Source: Candidatus Altiarchaeota archaeon
GTDB lineage: Archaea; Altiarchaeota; Altiarchaeia; IMC4; SCGC-AAA252-I15
NCBI GenBank assembly: GCA_043804895.1
Contig: JAZDIN010000019.1
Coordinates: 1-15,887 of the forward strand
Length of the DNA stretch: 15,887 nucleotides
Reading direction: 5' to 3'
Shown here: piece by piece, positions 8,125 through 13,976 of the stretch
Layout: every line of letters starts with the position of its first letter
How positions within the stretch are numbered: position 1 is the stretch's first letter
Program-made: the position numbers and the translations under genes
Notes under the pieces: model-generated
What the model was told of the DNA's origin: nothing
The model's database searches: none
The model's input: only the letters and a program-made list of their open reading frames with translations

Positions 8125-9525
8125 CTAGCAGTGGTTGTACCGTATTGTGTAGGTCAGCGTGCTTTCGCCGTTGGCTGTTACTGGTATAACCCATTTTATC
8201 TTCTGGTTGCTTTCTTTGATGTGCTGGTAGTTTTCTTTGGTTATCTTCCAGTCCCAGTATGCGTTCTCTAGGACGGTGACTTTCACGTTCTCGTCCTTGT
8301 GGTTTCTGAGCGTCACCTGCCATGTGACCTCATACTGGCATCCGAGGTCTTCCACGCTCATCTGCTTCCTCTCCCCGACTATGTCGAATGCGTTGCCGAC
8401 TAGTATCCTCAAAGTCTCGTCCTTTGGGGTGTGGTCGATGCTATCTTCGCCGATGAACTGCAGCTTACCGTCAGCGTCCTCCTTGAAGACCCTCACTTTC
8501 CCCTTCGGAAGCGGCATCCCAAGGCCGTTATTTTGGCTGTTGTTGAAGTTGAGTTTCACCTGAACTTTGGTGTTGTCTGTGCTGCCGTACCATCCGCCAG
8601 TGTTCTCGTACACGTACTCCTTCTCAACTCCAGCGCCCTCGGCTGTGAGGAGGCTAATCTGCTTGTCCTCCTTGTCCTTGAGCGTCGTCCTCCTCTGTAG
8701 GTCGTACATGTGGTATTCGAATAGCTGCTCTTCCTGGAACTGCGCTGCCGAGGCTACTTTAGCATCGGCGTACATCCTTTCAAGCAGGTAGGGTTGCGGT
8801 TCTGTGACGCGGTTGACGTCGCCTGCCACCAGCTTCAAGGAGGCGTCCTCGAATGTGGTGCCTGCGTTGTTTGATATTGTGACCCATCCGTTCAAGTCCA
8901 TCTTGTTGTCGTCCTTGTTTGTGACTAGGACATAGTCGGCGCTCCAGCTTAACCCGGAGGTCATGTATGAGAGCTGCGCTGCCTTGCTGCCTGCGCCTTT
9001 GTTCACGAGCATCCATTCGAGCGTCGGCTTCACTATCAGACCCTCAGGCAATGTCGGGAGCGTTAAGTCGTTGACTGACACGACCTGTATGCTCCCGTCG
9101 TCCTTCTGCAGTATCATCTCTGAGCCCTGGTTGGCAAGTAATGTTCCCTCAACAGGCTCTTTTGTGTCGCCCACAACATTGTAGCCCATAATCTTCCTAC
9201 CCAGATATTTCTCCAGGAGCTTGTCCTTGCTGACGAGATCATACTGGTAGTTCTGCTCCAGGACGCTGAATGAGCCATCGGATGACGTGAGTTTCACGCT
9301 TGTTGGGTCAATCTGCGATGCTACCCCCTCGAAACTATGCCACCCAACCCCGTCCGGGAGGCTGATGTGCCTCGTCTCCTTGACGACGCCGAGGTCTGAG
9401 TTGTATACCGTGACTTCCACACCATCACCAGGGGTTGCCGCAGAAGCGGAAGGTACCTGACTGCATCCTGATGTCGCAAGAACCAAAACCAAAACAAAAG
9501 CCGTGAATATATCCGATTTTTCCAT
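8125..9525 (-). CDS. DUF4139/DUF4140 family lipoprotein
   Basis: Motifs VTVYNSDLGVVKETR, IDPTSV, EQNYQYDL, LSYMTSGLSWSADY, LVAGDV, LFEYHMY, LGMPLPKGKVRVF, FIGEDSIDHTPKDE, GNAFDIVGER. Lipobox TSGC. TTTTAAA at 9555-9549 favours a leaderless start at ATG 9525. Confidence 0.88.
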   Translation of the reverse strand: MEKSDIFTAFVLVLVLATSGCSQVPSASAATPGDGVEVTVYNSDLGVVKETRHISLPDGVGWHSFEGVASQIDPTSVKLTSSDGSFSVLEQNYQYDLVSKDKLLEKYLGRKIMGYNVVGDTKEPVEGTLLANQGSEMILQKDDGSIQVVSVNDLTLPTLPEGLIVKPTLEWMLVNKGAGSKAAQLSYMTSGLSWSADYVLVTNKDDNKMDLNGWVTISNNAGTTFEDASLKLVAGDVNRVTEPQPYLLERMYADAKVASAAQFQEEQLFEYHMYDLQRRTTLKDKEDKQISLLTAEGAGVEKEYVYENTGGWYGSTDNTKVQVKLNFNNSQNNGLGMPLPKGKVRVFKEDADGKLQFIGEDSIDHTPKDETLRILVGNAFDIVGERKQMSVEDLGCQYEVTWQVTLRNHKDENVKVTVLENAYWDWKITKENYQHIKESNQKIKWVIPVTANGESTLTYTIRYNHC

Positions 9526-9593
9526 GGTAGGATATCCGCGTCCAACCATTTAAAAGCAACGGTTTCTCTTCGGTATCAGCCGAAGTAATAAGA

Positions 9594-10715
9594 CTATTCG
9601 AGCGATTCCAAAACCTTTTTCACGTCCTGGGGGCTGTGTTTCAGCCTCAACTGCCTCGTCTGGCCGCGTCCTGGGACGGGTATGCTTTCTATGAGCCCGT
9701 AGTGTTCCAGTTTCGCAGTGAGTTGGTTGTATTTTTTCACTCCTGTGCCGTCTTTCTTCCTGAGTTTCTCGTAGGCTTCCCCGGATTTTAGGCCGTCTGA
9801 TTCGAGGATTATCGATAGGAGTGTCTTCTCGAGCTTGTCAAGCGATTCCACTGTCTTTTTGATGTTTGTAGTCCTGGACTCACGCTCATACGCCAGTTCA
9901 ACGTGTTCCATCGTCACCTTCTTTGAGGCGTCTTTTTCAGCGAGTAGGGCGCTTCTTCTGATGAGGTCTATGCCGACTCGCAGGTCGCCTGCGTTGAAGG
10001 TCTTCTCGATTATGTATTCGAACGCATCAGAGGGGAGCACGCCATCGTAGAGGCCATATTTCTCCCTTGTTCCTAGGATGTCTGACACTTCTTTCATGCT
10101 GTATGGAGGGAAGTATACTTTCACTGGGTTGTAGACGCTAGCAGTCTTCGCCTCAAGCTGGCCCATTACCTTGTCGTCTGGCATTATCCCTATCACGCCT
10201 ATCTTATCGTAGCCGTAGGTTGTGTGCGCTTTGAGGAGGTCGAGTAGTAGCTGGTCGATTGTGTTGTTTAGGAAGAGCTGGTCCATCTCATCCAATGTGA
10301 CTATCAGGCTTTTCCCGTCCTTCTGCAGCTTCTTGAACACCTTCTCCTTCACTGAGTTGAGTGGCTTGCCTGTGTCCGGCGGCGAGTGCCCGTACACTTC
10401 CTCGTGTATCCTTGAGAACACGCTGAACCGTGTGTTGTGGTCGTCGCAGTTAACGTAGACTGCAACCATCTTGTTCGAGACCTTAGCAACCTCGTTGAAC
10501 AGGTACTTCACAGCTGTCGTCTTCCCAGTTCCGGGAGGCCCGTAGACGAGGGTGTTGACTGGGTTGACTCCGCGTAATCCGGGTTTTAGGGAGATTGACA
10601 TCTCCTTCAGTTGGTCGTCGCGGTGTATGAAGTCCTCTGGGACGTATGAGGGTGTGAAAACCTCCTCGTTTCTGAAGAGCGTCTCGTCGTCCATGAGCAG
10701 GTCTGAGGCTTTCAT
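9594..10715 (-). CDS. cdc6: Orc1/Cdc6 replication initiator
   Basis: N-terminal LFRNEEVFTPSYVPE..HRD, Walker A GPPGTGKT, YVNC, Walker B LDEMD, FPPY, sensor-2 GDLR, C-terminal wHTH with GRGQTR; SD GGAGGTG at 10730-10724. Confidence 0.95.
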   Translation of the reverse strand: MKASDLLMDDETLFRNEEVFTPSYVPEDFIHRDDQLKEMSISLKPGLRGVNPVNTLVYGPPGTGKTTAVKYLFNEVAKVSNKMVAVYVNCDDHNTRFSVFSRIHEEVYGHSPPDTGKPLNSVKEKVFKKLQKDGKSLIVTLDEMDQLFLNNTIDQLLLDLLKAHTTYGYDKIGVIGIMPDDKVMGQLEAKTASVYNPVKVYFPPYSMKEVSDILGTREKYGLYDGVLPSDAFEYIIEKTFNAGDLRVGIDLIRRSALLAEKDASKKVTMEHVELAYERESRTTNIKKTVESLDKLEKTLLSIILESDGLKSGEAYEKLRKKDGTGVKKYNQLTAKLEHYGLIESIPVPGRGQTRQLRLKHSPQDVKKVLESLE

Positions 10716-11224
10716 CCTTCAAGCACCTCCTTTGCCCTGTCCAGGATTACCATTACAGTCCTGAGCATCTTATTGAAGGTGTCATCTTCCAAACTGAGGG
10801 TGACCCCATACTGCTGTGACTCTCTTACGCTGATGATAGTAGACGACTCCTGCTTTTCTTCGGCGTTCATTTCATGCACTGAGCGTATGAGCTCCGCGTC
10901 GAGGTCTATCATCCCGTCCTCGATGAGCTTGTATATGAGAGCGAAAGTGCAGTCCTGGTTGCGACTCTCATACCCAAATTTTGCAGTTATCGCCAGCAGG
11001 CAGTGGTAAATGCTGTAGAATGCCGCCGAAGCGGACCAGTCGGAGTACCCCATTCCCTTGAAATCAGACATTGCCTTGAGGTTATGCTCCGCCTTCCTGA
11101 TGTGCCGCCTGGCTGTGGCCAAATCCGGCCTAGTTTTCACCAGCCCCCTGTGGCTGCCTGATCCCTTCAGTTCCTTCTCTGCTTTCCTTAGACACCAGTC
11201 CACTTTGTTTTCAGCGTGAGACAT
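10712..11224 (-). CDS. HEPN domain protein (R-x4-Y type)
   Basis: HIRKAEHNL, FYSIYHCLLAI, ESRNQDC and RESQQY motifs; overlaps the upstream MNT gene by 14 nt and cdc6 by ATGA. Confidence 0.87.
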   Translation of the reverse strand: MSHAENKVDWCLRKAEKELKGSGSHRGLVKTRPDLATARRHIRKAEHNLKAMSDFKGMGYSDWSASAAFYSIYHCLLAITAKFGYESRNQDCTFALIYKLIEDGMIDLDAELIRSVHEMNAEEKQESSTIISVRESQQYGVTLSLEDDTFNKMLRTVMVILDRAKEVLEG

Positions 11225-11807
11225 CGCCTATCACCTTGATGAGTTTTTCGTGGCCGAATACGACCACTCCATTTTTTAGGGCGTTTACAACCACCTTGTC
11301 TTTCTTTTTCATGTTCTCAATCAGGTCGTCCCTTGATTGTTTGACTGTGTGGATCTTTCTCAGGTTGAGCTTGTTGATTGAACAGATAACATCGTTTACT
11401 TTGTCATTCTGTCGCTGCGCTAAGACTAGGAGCAGGTCTATGTCCTCTGGGTTTTCCTTAGACAGTACTGACCCGAACAGTACGCCGATTTCAGCATGCT
11501 CACCGAGAATCCTCAACTCAGCAACCCACCTGCGCACCTTAGGTTGAGACTCATCAGACTCTTTCATCAGGAGGAAAGACAAGTATTTCAGCGAATATTC
11601 ACTCCCATAGTCAGGCTTGTAAAAAACAGCCTTGCCCATTTGCCGCGAAACCAATAAACGCTTCCCTTCAAGACGCTTCAAAATCTTCAAAGCACCCATG
11701 GGAGTAAGGCCGACTAGCTTGCTTAGGTTGTTCGCGTTATAGTCTTTACCGTAATCCTTAAGCAAAACCAAGACGACCTCCATCTCCTTGCTCGTAATAC
11801 CTTCCAT
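11211..11807 (-). CDS. wHTH-MNT minimal nucleotidyltransferase
   Basis: wHTH YNANNLSKLVGLTPMGALKILKRLE...GKAVFY; MNT motif LFGSVLSKENPEDID (GS-x8-DxD); C-terminal GVVVFG. Confidence 0.87.
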   Translation of the reverse strand: MEGITSKEMEVVLVLLKDYGKDYNANNLSKLVGLTPMGALKILKRLEGKRLLVSRQMGKAVFYKPDYGSEYSLKYLSFLLMKESDESQPKVRRWVAELRILGEHAEIGVLFGSVLSKENPEDIDLLLVLAQRQNDKVNDVICSINKLNLRKIHTVKQSRDDLIENMKKKDKVVVNALKNGVVVFGHEKLIKVIGDVSR

Positions 11808-11809
11808 CT

Positions 11810-11850
11810 TAAACTATCAGTTCATATATGTAAACTGTGAGTTTATATAA
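11810..11850 (-). promoter_or_regulatory. TATA box and two palindromic operators of the MNT-HEPN-cdc6 operon
   Basis: TTATATAAA (11850-11842, -); TAAACT-GTG-AGTTTA (11831-11845, perfect arms) and TAAACT-ATC-AGTTCA (11810-11824), 21 bp apart, between the TATA box and the ATG. Confidence 0.75.
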
Positions 11851-12058
11851 CGACTTGAGAGAGTATTTGGCTCAACCAAACAAACGTTCGGAAAAACCAG
11901 GTATCATTCTTCCCTCACTTATCTCAACTTTGAAAAACTCTTGTCTATTGTCCCATGTTTTATTCTTGACTTAGAGTAGTCAACCCTTATATCGCCCCAG
12001 CCACGACAAGCCCCTCCCCCACAGGGATTGGCGAGTGACCGCGCCTATTATTGTTCCA

Positions 12059-12072
12059 TTAAAAAAAAATAA
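12059..12072 (-). terminator. Oligo-U archaeal terminator after the 39-aa ORF
   Basis: Minus strand TTATTTTTTTTTAA, about 20 nt after the TAA at 12093-12091. Confidence 0.6.
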
Positions 12073-12090
12073 GTGGGGGTATGGGAGGGG

Positions 12091-12210
12091 TTAGATGTAT
12101 TTTGGCATGAATCCGAGCCTGTGGTAGGCGTACATCCGCCCGAATGTGCTCATGTTCTCTCCATTCTCCTGTGTGGTTGCCTTTCCAAGTCCTAGTATTT
12201 TTCTCATCAT
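12091..12210 (-). CDS. Small 39-aa protein MMRKILGLGKATTQENGENMSTFGRMYAYHRLGFMPKYI, function unknown
   Basis: Below the ORF-track cutoff. GGAGG SD 8 nt upstream (12223-12219), TTTTAAA TATA box at 12313-12307, oligo-T terminator downstream, host-like codons (AGA, ATA, AGG). Confidence 0.65.
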   Translation of the reverse strand: MMRKILGLGKATTQENGENMSTFGRMYAYHRLGFMPKYI

Positions 12211-12226
12211 TTTCTTTGCCTCCGAT

Positions 12227-12282
12227 ACCCCCGGAATCCAAGTGGATAATGAACAGCCAACCACCTTCCATTAGATGGGGGT
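12227..12282 (-). promoter_or_regulatory. Structured 5' leader hairpin of the small-ORF mRNA
   Basis: ACCCCC-ATCTAA-TGGA-A-GGTGG ... TCATT-A-TCCA-C-TTGGAT-TCC-GGGGGT. Four G-U pairs form only on the minus strand; the hairpin starts near the TSS expected from the TATA box (about 12284). Confidence 0.55.
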
Positions 12283-12395
12283 TTGACGTAATAGCTTGGC
12301 CGTTGGTTTAAAAGTACCTTGCGGTAGAGAGCAACGGAAAAGTAATCAAGTAAGTCGACCCGTATTTAATAGACGCACAGGAATAGTATTCTAAG

Positions 12396-13976
12396 GTGGA
12401 ACTGAAACTGGCCGATAACAGGTTTTTCCTGCTTTTCGTCGCCTTCGTATCCGGTGCCTCGATTATGTGCTTGGAGTTGGCTGCTTCGAGGGTTCTGGCT
12501 CCGTCGTTCGGCAGCAGCATATACGTTTGGGGTGCGTTGATTGGGGTTATCATGGCTGCCTTGTCGTTGGGGTATTTTCTTGGGGGATGGGTTGCGGACA
12601 GGGAGGGTGGCATCACTGCCCTGTTCAAGTGCATGGCCTACTCCGGAGTCCTCATCTCACTAATACCTGCTGTGAGCAAGCCTGTGTTAGCCTACACCAT
12701 GCGGTGGGGCCTGGTCTTCGGCCCAGTCGCCGCGTCTTTTATTCTTTTCGCCCTCCCGATGATTTTGCTTTCTATGGTGTCTCCGATGGTGGTGAAAGCG
12801 TATGCTGGGAAGATTTCAACAGTCGGCGGTTCGGCTGGTCTCGTATTCGCTGTTGCTACAGTCGGTAGCATGGTTGGTACTTTCAGTGCTGCGTTCGTGA
12901 TGTTACCGGCCTTGGGGGTGCGGGCCGTGCTCTTGGCTGATGCAGTAGTGGTGTTCCTGATTGGATTCGCGGGTCTTGGTAGGAGGGAGTATCTGCTTTT
13001 GGTTTTGTTTTTGGTTCCTGGTGTCGCGTCAGCGCATGCGCAGTGCGTTGACTTGAAAGGTTTTGAGCTCTTGTATTGCGGGGAGTCAGAGTATAATGTG
13101 ATAGGCGTGTATGATAGTCCATGGTATAGGGTGCTCACGCTCAATGACGGGAGCCTCGTGCAGACCGTGGAGAGGAAGGGTTCACCGCTGACTGGCATGT
13201 ACTATGACGTGTACTCCCTGGGGCCACTTCTAACCAGCGGCAAAAGAGTGCTCTTTTTTGGTTTGGCTGGGGGGACTGCGGTAAAGCAGCTTATCATGTT
13301 CCATGAAGTCAACGTCGATGCTGTTGAAATCGACGGGAAGGTGGTGGATGTCGCTAGGGATTACTTTAACGTCACAGAAGGTGATGGCCTGCGCATTTTC
13401 GTCGCGGACGGGAGGCGGTATCTTTCCGAATCTGGCGAGTATCAACGACCAGCGGCTAAAGCCGCTGGTTTGATACGCCGGAAACTGCCCAACCAAGTGG
13501 AGTCCCTGCGACTGCCCCCTGAAGAGGACAGTTTCCGAGCGTATGACATGGTGGGCGTGGACGTTTTCAACGGCCCGAACCTTCCGGTGCACATGTCGAC
13601 TGTCGAATTCTTCAGTGAGGTTTCAGACCATCTGGGCGATGATGGAGTGGTTATGGTGAATGTCGTGAGCTCCAAAGGGGACAGGAGCGTTGGTGATGCG
13701 GTAGCATACACGATGAAACAGGTCTTCCCGTCTGTGTACACCGTGGACTTGGAGTACAACAGGATTATTGTAGCCTTCAAGAAGGAGACTAGCGAGTCGG
13801 AGGTCATCAGACGCCTTAAAGCCAACTCTAACCCGCTCCTCAAAGGAGTAGTCGAGGGAGCAGTCCTCAACCTCCGCGAGTTCAACGCCGTAAGCGGCGT
13901 GGTGTTGACAGACGATAGGTCAAACATCGAGGAGTTGACGTTCAAGGCCTTCGCATCTCAATGGCACCAGCTGTAG
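12396..13976 (+). CDS. Membrane-domain (MFS-like) fused spermidine synthase-like/SAM-dependent transferase with a 34-aa insertion
   Basis: N-terminal TM region (SGASIMCLELAASRVLAPSFGSS...GSMVGTF); C-terminal Rossmann motifs VLFFGLAGG, VEID, ADGRRYL, YDMVGVDVF; TATTTAAT about 26 nt before the GTG start. Confidence 0.88.
   Translation: MELKLADNRFFLLFVAFVSGASIMCLELAASRVLAPSFGSSIYVWGALIGVIMAALSLGYFLGGWVADREGGITALFKCMAYSGVLISLIPAVSKPVLAYTMRWGLVFGPVAASFILFALPMILLSMVSPMVVKAYAGKISTVGGSAGLVFAVATVGSMVGTFSAAFVMLPALGVRAVLLADAVVVFLIGFAGLGRREYLLLVLFLVPGVASAHAQCVDLKGFELLYCGESEYNVIGVYDSPWYRVLTLNDGSLVQTVERKGSPLTGMYYDVYSLGPLLTSGKRVLFFGLAGGTAVKQLIMFHEVNVDAVEIDGKVVDVARDYFNVTEGDGLRIFVADGRRYLSESGEYQRPAAKAAGLIRRKLPNQVESLRLPPEEDSFRAYDMVGVDVFNGPNLPVHMSTVEFFSEVSDHLGDDGVVMVNVVSSKGDRSVGDAVAYTMKQVFPSVYTVDLEYNRIIVAFKKETSESEVIRRLKANSNPLLKGVVEGAVLNLREFNAVSGVVLTDDRSNIEELTFKAFASQWHQL
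13441..13542. mobile_element. 102-nt non-autonomous IS200/IS605-like mini-element (PATE/MITE-like) inserted in frame
   Basis: Removal restores ...ESGE-Y-DMVGVD. Left hairpin ATCAACG-ACCAGCGGC-TAAA-GCCGCTGGT-TTG and right hairpin ACTGCCCCC-TGAA-GAGGACAGT-TTCC resemble IS605/IscB-element end hairpins with CT(A/G)AAG loops. GTAT at both junctions makes the boundary ambiguous by about 2 nt. Confidence 0.75.

Noticed and set aside
11873-11956. Possible gene remnant on the minus strand after the 11966 palindrome
   Set aside because: ATG GGA CAA TAG stops at once and the other frames give under 35 codons with no recognisable motif.
7022-12395. Integrated mobile element or provirus spanning the two TA pairs and cdc6
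   Set aside because: No integrase, tRNA, att-like direct repeats or virion genes are visible in the window.
13481-13529. Hammerhead-like words GAAAC...GTC...CTGAAGAG in the insert
   Set aside because: Stem I cannot form (CCT... versus ...CCC) and the G-C pair closing stem II before GAAA is missing. CTGAAG is better explained as an IS605-type hairpin loop. An Infernal search would settle it.
13430-13550. Archaeal BHB mRNA intron or intein
   Set aside because: I could not build a 3-4-3 bulge-helix-bulge across the junctions; 34 aa is far too short for an intein and the C/S...HN termini are absent.
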